Position numbers and translations under genes: made by a program
The notes under the pieces: model-generated
Database searches by the model: none
What the model saw: the letters and a program-made list of their open reading frames with translations, nothing else
Told to the model about the DNA's origin: nothing
NCBI RefSeq assembly: GCF_964204865.1
Contig: NC_135262.1
Coordinates: 14,570,001-14,634,000 of the forward strand
Length of the DNA stretch: 64,000 nt
Reading direction: 5' to 3'
Origin: Styela clava
Taxonomy: Eukaryota
Shown here: positions 38,801 to 53,623 of the stretch, one piece after another
How positions within the stretch are numbered: the stretch's first letter is position 1
Layout: each line of letters starts with the position of its first letter

Positions 38801-41800
38801 TATCATAAACAAATAAGCTTCTATTCCTGTTTCAAAAAAAGAAAGTGAGATGTACCAACGTGCAACCAACGTGCCTTCTATTGATATAAAAATGATGCAC
38901 ATTCAACTCTCTTGCAAAAAAAAAGACAATCATCCCAGTTTAAACGGTTTCAGTTGGGCAAGATTCACAACCTATCCCTTCCTTCATCGGGTCTGATTTT
39001 GGTCAGACGAAACGTTACAAAAATAGATTCATGCTAATGTGCAGCAAGACCCCTCTTCAAGTTCTTGTCATTTGGCATTGGAGTTACATAAAAGTTTAAA
39101 TATTATTTACTATTACGTTAACTTATAAATGTAATCAAGAGGTTTTGATAACAGTATGATATACGCATAATATTCAAGATGTAATCAAATCTAATACAGG
39201 TCAAGTCGATTGTACTAGTTTTGCAGAAACATGTCTGCTGCAATAGCACAAAAGACGAACACGGTCGAAGAGTTGTCTGGTCAGCGTATTCTTTGATTCA
39301 TTGTGTAAATTTTAAACATAAACTGAAGAGAAACATGAGCTGTTGGGAAACAAGTGTTGATTAACTGACAATTAATCTGATTATATATTCATGGGAATTA
39401 CTTCGTAAATGATTTCCACGAGAATCTACATTTTTTATTTTTCGTTTCATCTTCATATGGTGAGATCAAATATACCCGAGTTTTGGGCACGTGCGGTTGC
39501 TAACCAAAAGTTTTTCATTTTTTTCGATGTTTAAAGGGATCCCGGATCCAATCCCATGTCACCATCGCACACAGTTTGTAATAAAATTGAACATATTAAT
39601 ACCTAATAATTCACGATTTTGCCCATCCAATTCCTATTGCAAATTAGCGGATACCGATGCGTAGATTTTTTGAATGACGGTGTGAGAACATGATAAAAAT
39701 TTAATGGATAACTCTAAGCTTCTCATTGGTTAATTATTTGGAAAATACTTCTTTTGGCCTATTCAGGAGCCTTACTGACCATCCATATTTCAGTATAGCG
39801 GACTATCATTAATATTCGAAAAATCAAATTTTTTTTTCCGATCGTGATGACAATACATTTACATTTATTTACAGACTAACACTAACACCATGAAAACTGT
39901 TTTTACAAATTTTTCTATAGAATTACTATATAATAAATATCATAAGCATACTTATTAGAATTATAGTAAGGACGAATCAAAGTAGCAAACCTTAAACCTC
40001 GCAATTCATATCACCCACGTCATAAATCTCAGTATACGTGGTTGTGGATAGGTTGTTATTACTGAGAAAGCGTCTTGTAAGAAATCTCTGATTATTTGGA
40101 TTTATAGATTTGCGTCATACTCGCAGACGGACGCATGAGTTGAATAATAGTTGATATGACATTTTACAAAGAGAGGGATTAGACTACATACGTTATCGAT
40201 GTAATATACCATTCGCATTTAACCCCCGCAGCGTACACCAATCTCCCCTTTGTTAAAGCAGGATATGGCTAAAGCTAATACGTGATGTCTATCTATATGT
40301 TCATGGATAAATTTGAATGGATACTTCAGAAATAAATCCGACCGTATTTACTACAAAATACTTTTTTGTAACCCATTTTCGGCTTGATTACTAGTGATAT
40401 AAATATCATCAAACAAGCACAAAAAGTGTGGTATTTCATGATTTACTCAATTTCACAATTTAATGTGAATTCAAGCGAGTTATATACAACGCGCCCCATC
40501 CATGTTCCATTTGTGTGGTTTTGTATGAACTGTAAAAAAAAATTGAAATCAAGCTAAAAATCGACGTTGACGTAGTTTGTGAGGTAAATATGCAAAATTC
40601 AACGTTTCCTATCTTTATAAATTGGAGAACGACCAAAATATAGCTGATCCTTAAATTGCAGCTTTAAACCCAGCAGCCAAAATACAGCTTTTATGTTACC
40701 AATCTCTCTTTTGTAACATTATTATTATGGGTCCGGAAGAGGTAATCATCCAAGCGTAAAATCCACTGAAAATTTTTGAACAGGTCGCTTACCAGAATTT
40801 ACGCGCAACAGTTAACACGGTGTAACTCACGTCGCCCTATTCTAGGCTGGGATATTCTGCCTTTATAACGTAATTGACTAGTCTAACATGAAGCATGACT
40901 GACTGCACGGTACTCTGTCAAGTGTACTCCTCATTTAATACGATAATAATAAAACTAGCGCCGAGATAAATTTAAAAATGAAGCCCACACACTACGATAT
41001 GTGCTTTTACAACCACAAGAAGTGTCAAAGGACGTGTTTTAACTAATTTTCTCCGAGTTTATTGATAAATTTACGAAGTTTTGACATTTTAGAGACACCT
41101 TTCTCTGCCCCTCTCTGTCGGTTCAAAAACCACAAATCTCAAATTATTGTTTGAATCAAAACAATACTACCGACAATTTTGAATATCATGTACTTTATTT
41201 ATAACGATACAGTACTAGTTTAGATTTAATTAACAAAACCCAAAACACCATCATTGCGATTTAAATAGTTAAGATATAATTATTATGTTTATTATGTAAT
41301 TATTAGTTTAATTTAAACCTCGATGAACTGACGCGTCACAATCACGCAAAATATCCATAATATATTCGTAAATTTTGAAATTGAATTTGAAATCTTATTT
41401 GTTATTCATTTGCGCGATAATACCATTATATATAACAAAAAAAATAAAAATAACTGTGTTTGTTATTGTATTTTGTATTTATTTGTTTGTTATTTATTTG
41501 TATTTTTTAACATGAAGTTTTTTCAAAAATTATTGAGAAAAATCATTGTTACAGTCTGGTCAAATCAAACTATATCAATCGTTTAAGCCGAAGAAAGCTG
41601 TACGTGAACGTAAGTTTCCCTTCGGTATATATGCGAATTCCGTTGAGTGTGCCAAGTACAGAACGGTACAAATTGATGAAACCACATACAGGCGCTTATG
41701 TTACACCATAGGTGGAAAATCATTTGTATCAAGCACTGGCCAAATTTGATACTGTCTCTGAATAGAGTTTCATTCCTTATTTAAGTTTTAGCAGGTAGAA

Positions 41801-44800
41801 AATGCTATAGATATTAAAATATTGCATTGGAAAATATCCAAGGTATTTAAAAATAAAATAGGTTTGAAACTTGCCCACGGCTAAATTCAGCTTTTAGAAA
41901 ATAATACAAAATAAATGCAAAACTGGAAAAACTACAAAACTAATAAAAAGACATTTGAAGCCGACTGATTTTCAAATGCTTCTATCCTCTTATTATGAAA
42001 TTACTCCTTTTCCACCTTTATTCTTGATTCTGTGTTTGATTATTCATTTCTAGCGATAAACAGTTGTTAATCTCATTAACATAAAAATTGACTGTACTTC
42101 ATCTGTTAAGTTTGTTTCCAAACAAACTTTGATTTTTTTGTTTTAACTTTTAGACCCCTGTTTAAAATGTGCAGTTAATTACTTAGGATTCTTAAGTAGA
42201 TCAGCATATTTTTCTGTTCATTTCTGATTTTTTTTATAAATTATTATTAATAAATATTATTATAATGTAAATGTAAATGTAAATATTATTATAAATATTA
42301 ATCTGTGTTCATTAAAAAATTATTTGTGATCAACTGATCATGCATTCAAATGAAACGTTCTGATAACCAGCATACAATGTTCGCGTTTGCGCTACTTTAT
42401 GTCACTTGACAAATGTTGATTAATGGGTAATCAGTCTTATTTAACCCTAAAAGTTTACTTTCCCCTTCATGTCAATTAAGTGAAAATCTTGGGTCAAGTT
42501 CAAATCATGGTTTCCTATTTTATGTTCGTTAAGAAAATGCGCTTCCAACCGCAAAACTTCAAATGGACTTGGTGTGTGAAATGAGAGTTCGTGTAGTAAG
42601 TAGATGAAATTATGTCTACTATCAAGTAAATTGACACAAATTTAATACTACTTCGGAATACACCAGACGATTGATAGAAGTACTTTACTTCGAGTACACC
42701 TAATTAGCTCACTGTTAGATTTCAAAGGAAAATGACTACATTTGTTAGTTCAAAAAAATTCCAGTTTGAAGGACATCTATTTCACCAAGTTTTCAGTAAG
42801 TATGTATGTATGGCAAAATTCCGTTTTGGTGGGTTTTCTTGTTCGAATTTTATAGTTTATCGGCTATGTAGCAACGTTCTAACGTTGTTTGTGAGTTTTC
42901 AAGTTTTCTCCCCACTTGCAAATCGGCATAACAAAAAGGCGTTTCTTATTTTTGAATGTCAAGGACATGGTTTACCAGCTTTGTTTATTACGTGACAATA
43001 GTAAGGTCACATAAGGGGTCATGATCACAGGCCCCACTTCGTATATGAATATGGATCGACGCCACTTCATAACCGCTGTCTAATATACTGGAATGCGGGC
43101 AGGTTTTCACAGCTACGAAACTGAAAAATGTGAACATAATCATAATAAAAAATTTGTATATTAAGTGTTTCTATCAGAAGGAAGAAATATTCCTAAACTT
43201 TGGTGGCGTTAAACGGTGAAAACCGATTTCGATAATACTTTCGCTTGTGATATATCTTGGTTTACCTAACTTGAGCATAGCTGCTTTCCAGAACAATAAC
43301 ATTGCGTAGAAACGGTCGTCGTCTTGCTGATATGTTTTTACAATAAATCCTTAAAAACCGATCAAAACAACACCACTTAAAATAACAGTATTAGTGTATG
43401 TTATTACAAGATTGAAAAATCAGGTACATCGCAAAAACCTGCAAAATTTCCTATTTTTCACGTTAATAAGAGTGTTTACCAGAACCAAAATCCTGAAGAT
43501 TATGTGGGGCATTCCATGGCGATGATCGCATGACAAGCTGATGTCAATTGAATTACATTAGAATTACCGTTATTTTCACGGTGCTTTTACTTGTATCGAT
43601 TTACAAATCGGATTAAAAAAATTCAAATTTCGATTTTGTAAAATTTTTGCCATGGCTGATATTTGGTCCTGAATGCTATATTTTAAATTCTACTAATCTT
43701 CGCGGTGAACATTTTCCCTTCAAGCAGAAACGTATTCAAAATAACTATGGAAGAGAAGAAAAAATTTCCGTATTTATAAACAGTACGGGAACCCTCGTTA
43801 TTTCAAATCCCACTTCGCGCCTAATTTAACTCGGCCCTAGAGCAACATAACTCTAACTTTTTTGAAGTGACTAATCCTATTTTTTCTCGGAATTTTGGAG
43901 GATATAGATAATATCACATTCACAACCCGTGACGGGAAAATATCTCGAAAATGGCAAAGGTGGTTTTAGACAGTTAAGGCGCAATATCCAAGTTTTGTAT
44001 TATTAGTTTCTTGTGATCAGCGCTGCTGTAATATTTCTTATCGCAAAATTCACTTTAGATTTGCATAAAAATAATATCACCGAAATCGAAATTTTTTGAA
44101 AAATTTTGCCTGACTCAAAAAATACATAATTTTTAGTCAATTTCTGCATATCTTGCGTTTTATTAAGTAATACCGAAACAGTGTCGTTTTAGGTATTCTC
44201 ACCTTTTGTTGTTGCTGTAAACAACTATAAACGTCAACACTTGATTTTTTCATATTCTCGCCATCATGTTTGTCGAACTTTGACTTTTGTAATTTTTTAA
44301 AAGGTTGAGGATTTTTCTTCTAACTTTGCGTAATTTGGTCATAGATTTTCTTTCGGAAGACGATTTTCAATTGGAACATAACACATGGCTACAAACTAAA
44401 AGTTTATTTTTTGTGTTTGACTCGTACACGGCACGACATATTAAATGTGAATGACTCGCTGTAATGAACTGGGTCTAAGCCTTATAGTCTATTGGCTTCA
44501 GTACTTTAACTGAGCAAAATTACAACATTCAACAGGCCCACAGCAGCAATTAAGTCTAAAACACATCAGCTGTAGAAAGCTTGAGCCGTGGATGTTTATC
44601 TTCAATTTATGATGCTAAACTCATTTTCTCCATTTAGAGTAATTTTTTTGATATCCCCACATATTGACATTTATATTGTACAATAACCTTTCTCATAAAT
44701 TGCGTAACAATACTACATACAACGCATGGGTGACTAATGTCAAATACACGTGCAACATTCCACTGCCCTAAGTCAAATTTACGATTAAAGCTTTTGTATT

Positions 44801-47800
44801 GTGCGTTGTATAATTTTATTGCTTTGGGCTGGGCATTTTAGAAATATTTGAAATTATTTCTATGCCGGTATGATGAACTGAAAGCTATGAATCTGTATAA
44901 TATACAGTGTATATCAGTTTTAATTGCATTCAAGTCATTTTTAAAATAATCACATATTGCGAAAGCTTACCCGAGGCTGCTTTTTTATGTTCAAAAAAGG
45001 TCTTAGATCGTTTTAAGTAGATTTCTTAGGGTGTATTCTGTATTGTTCTTTTTTTAGTTAATTTGGTTTTTGGTTGGAAATTTATTGGTTCGTCAATGAC
45101 TGCAAACGTTGAATTCGTAGAAAATGGTATACCTCAGAAAACAAGTCTTTTAAATTAATAGTACGTAATAGTTTTTGGGTATATTAAATATGATCAAACA
45201 AACTAAGTTTTGAGCTAAAAAGTGGAAGTGAAACGGTACACGGTATATTATATCAGTTATAGTTTTCTACAGTGTATAATATTATGTCTACCATCCAATT
45301 TCCTTAATCTTGCACTTCTATAATAAAAATAAAAATTAGATACAAATATTCTTGAACTTTTCTTTCAAGTCTCAAGATTACTATTGAAATGCAATAAAAC
45401 TTACGATCAATATCAGTCTCAGTGTATACACTTCAAATATAATAAAGGAGTGTTTTGTTTACCAAACTTTTGAGACATATTGATGTAAACAATAGTTTTG
45501 GAATCAAATTCATGAAAATTATAAATAATCGTACTTGTGATAATGAAAATTTGTGGGATGTTGGTTGCTGGGAGGCACATAATGGCTCAACTGTATATTT
45601 TTCACGGAATTGGACGTGATTTTTTCCCGTACTAGTAATAATCGCAATGACTAATATTTATATGTTTGTTATTGGGTGAAAATGAATGTTTATCTGCTGA
45701 TTTGCAAAAAAAAATGACTGAGAGATTTTATATTTTAGCCTGTGTGTAACCTCTACCTTCAAATTTCAGTAAACCCGTTTTGGTTCAAATCCCATCACTT
45801 CGCCCAGGATGTAAAAATTTGAGCAATATCGCATCGGAAAGATTCTGATTGTAGCTCCTTATTTAACAGTAGCCGCTTGCGCTGAACATTGTTCATCGTA
45901 TAAAAATGTCGTATAAAAAACAACAACCTTCAAACACCTTTGAGTTGAAGTTTCTATTTTGCATTCACGTGGTTAGGTGATAAGATTTGTTAAAAAAAAA
46001 AACTTCAGTAAAATTGACAGAACAACTGATAAAGTAAAAATCAACAAAATATGAGTGTATTTCAAGACACACATTTTTCCAGGAATGAAACAACGTGATC
46101 GGACTATTTGGCGCCTTCATTCTGTTAAGTTAGGATAAATCGAGTTGTTTTACGCAACAAACAAAGTGCGGATAATACAAACGGTCCGTCAGGTTATGTT
46201 TTTTTAAATAGTTATTTGTGGTTGTGCTATTGCAAGCCTTAAACAATGTTATACAAAGCAACACATTTTTTGGATTTTCTGAGCAACTTTCATTCCTGAA
46301 CAAAGTATAAAGCCCATGGTAGACATTATATCAATCAGGGTTGATAATATCGTTTGGAATAGACTTCGTGCTAGCCGGCACATAAAAAATTATGTTTGAT
46401 TCACCAGGGGCCGGAGTCTCGTTCCCATCCAGCAAGGCAAACTTGGATCCTTGCGTCACATCAACAAACTGAAAGGTCAACCTAATTTAGGTTTTTCATT
46501 TAATCACCTCAATTCGATAAGGTTATTGTTTGAAGTTGTCTTTAATTTATATAGTTCGTCATCATTATGAATTTCAGTATTTCAAATGAGTCTATTGCGA
46601 GTTAAACTCCATTCACGCTGAGCGGCTAACCACTATGAGTTACAAAGATAGTTGATTGTCTCATACATTCACTACAAATAAAAAATGGCCTCTTCATAAT
46701 CCCCAATAAATCCTGAAACCACATTATGACCCTGGATTGTCAGCTCCAAAACCATGAATATCGAATTACCGAATATATACGCAATAACAAAAGTATTACA
46801 TGAGTTTTGTAGTTAATCAGTTACTGCAATCCTCCAAGACTGTTCATATGCAACGAGCGTTAGTTTCGAATTATCGGTATGTGCGACCCACGATAATTCT
46901 TAATAAAATGATTGACTGCGTGATGCCAAGCATGAAAGAGAAGAATAGTAGCAAGTTTTTTATTAATTTTACATATTTGTCAACAGTAATTTTCTTTTTC
47001 ACGGTGGATATAAATCATTGCATTATCTTTTGGGTGATTTTTTTCAACGCACGGTTGCTAGGCAGTAATGGTTATTAATGACTTGGGGCATATTTACCTA
47101 TGGGTTTTCGAGGGGTGGATTCTTGTGGGTTCATAACTATTAGGGGTATAACTGATAAAGAAAAGTGAAATTGGGGTAGTAATGTAAAGTTATAAAATGT
47201 GCGAGCAGTATGAAAGATTTTTCTGTGATAAGTGCTATTCATTGCGCGACCGATGAGGCCCGGCTCAACAAAGGCGCGTGTACAGCCGAGTATATCTACC
47301 AAACAATTTGAACCGGTTTATCGTAAATTCCAGAGCTCTAAATTAGCACCTTATCGCTTACATTAACCAGTTTTCTATGTAGAGAAATTTTACACCTACT
47401 AAAAATGAAAATTCGCGCATCATCAAAACTGACTAATACTGTATAATGAACTGTCCAGTGCCCAATTTAGATAATCAACTGATAAACCTCATTAAATGCA
47501 TTCGGTGTAGATAAATATAAGAGTTCACGCAATGTCGGAAATATTGTAACACACATATTAGTTATATGTATAAATTACGTTGGTACTTTGCTATGAGCTT
47601 GTTTCGTTTTTCATTATGACTTCGTTCGTTTTTAATTAAATTTGCCTAACATTTGACAACAAAATATTATTTTTTCAATCCTCGAAACAGTTTTTACCAT
47701 CTTTTTGTAGGATATTTTATGTGCTGTATTATTTATCAGAAAATAACATAAAATTGAAAACGTTTGGACTCTAATTTTAGTAACCTATCCTTACTTGAAA

Positions 47801-50800
47801 AGTAAAAATATTAACCGCTGAAAAAACGTTTAAAAGGAATGAAGCGTCTACCTTTGTTGGTATATAGTTACATTCCTCACGTCGCAATTTTTTTACAGTA
47901 TCAATTTGAAATCATAAAGAATAAGAGAAAACGCGTCGGCCGTCTAAGGTGACAACAGATATGAGAACCTTAATAGACCAATGTCCATTTTAAAACTGTT
48001 TTTCATTGTTGGAGGTCCTTTCGTGAATATAGCTTACCATCAGCACAGCAGCTGACAAAAATTTCGTTTGTTTGCAATTGACCACGAATCTGAAAAAAAA
48101 AATACTGTTCAGTTCTACGCATTTAAAGTCAATAATAGATGGATGTCGTAGTAACTAACAGTTTATTTTAATATTGTAGATAGCGCAAAATAATTTTTAA
48201 ACAAAGCGTTTCTGAAAATTCCGAAAATGAAAAAAAAGCGTTTGTTTACAAAGTTGCCATTCGTAGTTTGATGAATCGTGTTTTCGCATGGAATTTGAGA
48301 AAAGTTTCCGTATCAATCTATTAAACATGAACTATATATGAATAAGCCTGCTTCGAGCTGTTTCATTCATGGCCAATATATATCTAAGCAACGTGTTTTA
48401 TCATCATAAAGCGTGTACGTAAAATTTCCACGCGACCGATTTCAAAATTGAAAGCCGTCGTATTATCAGGAAAGTAAATAAGAAAATCCGATGAAAAATT
48501 GTTTTTCGCTTTTAAAAAGATGTATTTCCGAGATAATAGGGGTGAAAATTTTGTTTGGGGTATTGTAAAAGATAGAATACTGATAGAGTCGGCTTGTGAT
48601 TGTATGTTTCAGTACACTGTCTAAAAATTCAGTTATATGTAGATTGAAGATGGAAGCGTATAGCACAATGTGTATTCTTCCCCGTATCTGCTATGTTTTA
48701 GTTAAATATGATTACATTAAACGTTGAACTTGAGCAGAAATTCTTGAAATATAAGATAAAACTGAATGTAAATGTCTTGTGGTGGAACCTTCAGCATATT
48801 ACCCTATTGCCTCAGAAATGACAATTTAATTATTCCGACATCCCAATACTCCACGCAATTATTCGTTTCCATAGCTATATCAAGCAATCAACACTATTGA
48901 ATAAAAAAGGCAGAAAAAATAATAAATATTTTCACAGCTGTTTAAATACTTTGTTTATTTTCCTAGACTCGCCGAAGAGGGGCTACAAATTACTCTAGAA
49001 GTGGACGATTATATGGATGTACTATGTCCCTACGTCCCTACATCTCACATTGAAGAAACTAGACATAATAAACGTGGTCAAGTATTTCTTCAATTGTTCA
49101 ACGTAACAAGAGAGGAATATGAAGATTGTGATAATAGAAGTAGGTCATTTCATATTTACAACTATTTCTTTCTTTTTAATTTTTTGGATAAATTTATATA
49201 TTAATAAAATTGTTTCTTAATATTGATAATTAATCGAATAATTTTTGTTATTTTGGGGCATATTGGCAAAAATCCTTAATTTTATTTGAAAAAACCTTTT
49301 ACAAATTCACGAAATCATCTTTAGTTTTTGAAATTTATTGAAATATGTAATATTTTATGGCTCACCAACAATTGAGTCTAGTTTCCTTAATTTCAAATAT
49401 GAATCTTTTTTTTTCAAAATTAATTTTTCATGTCTTAAATAAACTCTACAGGCGACATTCTGGAAATAAGACCGCAGCACGTTCAAACGTTCTTAATAGT
49501 CACAGAAATAAATATTGTTTCTGTATATGGTATTGCTTTGGGTAGATTACTAATATAACTACAATCTAATAAATGTAATAAATTTTCATGAACGTTGATA
49601 TAATAACCTAACAAAACCATATTTAGTTTCTGTTTGAAACCAAATCACACCAAAATTGTCCCAACAACCCTTACTTTACAATATCATTACCAGACATCTT
49701 GTTCAATATTAACATAGCAAACGTAGACTGTCGCCATAATATTGTTTATAAAAGCTTTATCCAATGTTTCACGTATGTTCTATGAATAATTCATACAATT
49801 ATCTTCTGTTCATACGTGATGTAATTCTTTATAAGTAAACGATTTGAACGACTAAACTTCCGATTTGTAATGACTGTTACAAATTATACTTTTTTCAATT
49901 CAAACTTTATATTTGGCCGTATTTATTTTTCAAAATTTATCAATGTACATATATGAAAATGATTCTAATTCGTTATTGAATTTAATACTTTAGTATAGTA
50001 GCAATCTGGCGCCAATGTTACAAATGGTTCTTTGATAAATTCTGATGTGAGAAACCACAGTATACATAAAGGCAGACTGTAATACTCGTCTTTATTTTTT
50101 GTATGCAAATTGCTCCCACTTTTCGTAAAAAACCATAAGAAGAATACTTACTCTATGATTTGAAGTTGACATAATGCTTCGATAGTTAAAAATTTTATTC
50201 AGAGAAATTTTTTGAGTGCAAGTTTTATTTTTACAAATGATAGAAAACTATTGAATCTTGATTATTCTTTTCAATTGGAAGTAGTGATTGTCCTTTTCAC
50301 CGTTCTTAATTAAAAACATTTGTTTTTTGTTTCAGATGGAATTCGCCTTCAAACTTGTGATAATCCAGGCATCGAAAAAAAATTGACGACAAAATTTCAA
50401 GAACGAAGTCCATATCCGTTTGGATTTACATTCAGACCTGGATCAACATATTATTATATTTGTGAGTAACTATTTACAAGTACAACTGTTAGCTTTGTGA
50501 CCATTCAACAAGTAAAATAAAGGTTACGATCACTTGAAATCGATCAATATCTAAAAATGATTTCTCTTTTCTTCGGAGTGTGGCGTCAACTTCTTAATAC
50601 CAGACTTCAGAACTCGCGAGCCCGTAGTCGAGTTAATTTCTTACCAAAGTCTCACGTGGTTAGTTGATGAAGTATACAAGTCATACCATTTTCCTGACTC
50701 GAGTTTCAAATAAATGGTGACTGCATCTAAACTTACCAACACTGCTCAAGGCTCCCTTCGTCCACTAAAGTTATCACTAAAGTTTTTAAATATTAGTTGA

Positions 50801-53623
50801 TATTTATTGATTTGGTAATAGTGTTGTGTTGGTTAGCCTTCGGGCGCTCTACTCATCATAGATATATTTGACGCCATGAAATGTGGATTTTCGACCACGA
50901 ATCGCATTACCTTTTCACACCATCATTTTGGTTTTATATCCAAAACGTTATGCCACATCAAGCCCGGTACATTGTCGTTTGAATGATTTTTACTGATTTT
51001 AATCTCTTTGTATTATAAAATCATAATAACATTATTTTAACCTTGACCTCGTGCGGGAAAAACATGTTTTGCCCATAATATTTTCATCAATATTTCTAAA
51101 TTTTGTTAAATAATTTTATACATTTTGATATTACGAAAATCGCGTCAGGGAACGCTGTATTACGACGAATTTTTGTTTGTCTGGCGATGAGTTTCGTTGT
51201 AAATTTGTTTGTCATACTCGGCGTTGGTCATCGCGGAGTACAATCTAAAAATATTTGTTTTGTAACTGCTCCAAACAAAGCGTTTCTTATGTCGTAAGAA
51301 CCCATTCAAGCACGACTTGATGATTCATATTTAGACTAAATTCTTGTCAACTTCGTGTGGTTTTAGAAGAAATTGTGGAATTATTTTTACCAAATATAAA
51401 CTTGTAATCGAAATTTGTATATAAATTTCGGAAAAAAAATCAGATGAAAAGTTTTGTAAATTAACATCATTTTATATTGTAAAGTAACGCTAATGGATCT
51501 CTAAAATAACAAAACAAATTTTTTCAACGGAAGTAAAATAAAAAAAAACTGCCAAATGTTTTCCCAAAAGATGAGAAATAGACTTTTTTGACCTTGTTCC
51601 ATATATTTTAAAAGCCAAGCTAATCTCAGTTAGTCCAACAACTATATGAGAAAGTGAACAGCTCAGTGTGAACGTCCAAGCGAGACAAAGTAAATAACTT
51701 TTTATTTGCGCGTGGATTTGTTATATCTCCGCGTAAAATCTAAATTGTACAAACTCCCCACCAGCGACCACTTAGTTGCTAGGATTCTTTAGAAAAGTAT
51801 GTTTATTTTTACTATAGCTTGTCAAAAAACGGCCAACGATAAGTCATGCTTTTACTCGTAATTTGACATGATATTAAAATGATCATAGTCGAGAAGTTTG
51901 CTATCATCCATCTCTATTTGGCATTACTAGTTATCTTATTTCGCAACCAACTACGATAAGGCCATTATTTAAAAATGCTTCAAAAAGCAGCAAATTTAAA
52001 GATATTTTTAAATGTTTAAAAAAGATATTATGATCCATTTAAGGCATAAATGAGAACGTACAATATTTACACAAGTTTTAAAACCGTTTCGCTCGGTCAA
52101 CTACGCGATGATAAAACCATGTTTTGCGTGCCAGTGTCTGTGATCTCCAACAGTGGATAAAATCTCATGAATACAATAAACTAAGAATATGCAAATCTTA
52201 AATAACATTGGAAAGAATAAATAACAAATATACCATGTACTCAAGGTGCGTCTGACTATAGTTTTAAGATCGTGATATAAAAAGTCACGGTAGAAAGAAA
52301 AAAGGTGGACATTTTGTTTGTTATGCCTGTTAGTAGTACAATCCCTAAATCAAATTTTCAACATGCGTTGAACTCTAGTAGTTTACTCTCTTGTTAAGGA
52401 TGATCAAATTGTAGAATATATGCCATCTCCTATATTTTTGTTTCGTCATATTTATTCAGTGTTTCTTTTTATAATTTTTTAGCTAAACCACTTCATGACA
52501 TCAGTAAAGGCTGCACTCAAGATACAATGAAAATGAAAGTTAACGTACAAAAGAAGGGTGCAGGTTGGTACAATACTTGTACACTCCATTTAAATTATGC
52601 TGATCTAATAATATAAAGATTCAAAACGTTCATCAGAAGGTCTTAAAAGATGAATCAAATTTTGAGAAATATTATAGGATTGCCAAAAAATTATGGACCA
52701 GTTTTACATAAGAGAGAAATACCAAAAAATGATACTATTTTAAAAATTAATATGTTAAATATGTATATATATAAACATGCTTCATTAAAGACCTCCATCA
52801 AGTTATGATAATGTTAGAGAAATTGAGATGTTTTGACTTTTGAGTCAAGCTCTCATCAATTCAGCTGTAATAGTATCATTGTAGTTTTCACAGAAAGACT
52901 GAACAATGTTAATTTTCTAATTTATACTTTGAAATTGTTTAAATATAGATTGTAGAATTCGTTGTGTTTCCTATCAATTTTTATTTAAACAGTTTTTGCC
53001 GAGAGCCAACATGAACATACGATAACATATAACAAACATAATCAGAAACATCATAATGGAAATCATAACAAGAACATACATGTAGCAACAGGTATTTATT
53101 GTTACGTGTTATGTTTTACATATATAAGTTGGTTTCGTATTGTTCGTTCTTGTAAATGAATAGACCTCGCATGAAAGTGCACGGCACAATGAATTGCCGC
53201 CATTTTGAATCATCAACACTGGATTTAAAAAAATTAAGTAACTAACAATATAAGATTACCGTTTGATTACTATAAATATGAATAATAAAACCAATTTGCA
53301 ATTTATTGGTTTTGGAACTGATGAAAACACCAATCGTAATGCAACAATTTTTTTTACTAGATCGAGTTAAGTCACCTCACCGACACAATCATCACGATCG
53401 AGCGACCGTTAAGCCAACTACCAGGCCTCCACGTGTTGTTATTCAGTATGAAACTCCTTCCATTAAAACACCAAAGATTCGAGCGAGCGCTGTACAGCAG
53501 GACGATCCAGAAAATGGAGCTATCGGATTTAATAAAGCTTCTTTGCCTATTATAAGTCTTTTTGCTTCACTATCAACTTTGTTTTTGTGCAATTTCAATT
53601 CAAATTTCGGGTTTTGGCATTAA
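32744..53623 (+). CDS. Efna: Ephrin-A (GPI-anchored type), 281 aa, six exons
   Basis: Exons 32744-32847, 48967-49139, 50336-50461, 52483-52563, 52993-53091, 53361-53623 (846 nt, in frame, GT-AG). Signal peptide then ARHVVYWD; VDDYMDVLCP; LFNVTREEYEDC; CDNP..KLTTKFQERSPYPFGFTFRPGSTYYYIS; C..MKMKVNV; hydrophobic C-terminal GPI-type tail with no cytoplasmic domain. Paralogue not assignable. Confidence 0.94.

Noticed and set aside
33000-48900. Short ORFs in ephrin intron 1 as a nested gene
   Set aside because: No recognisable domains and no phase-consistent exon chain found.
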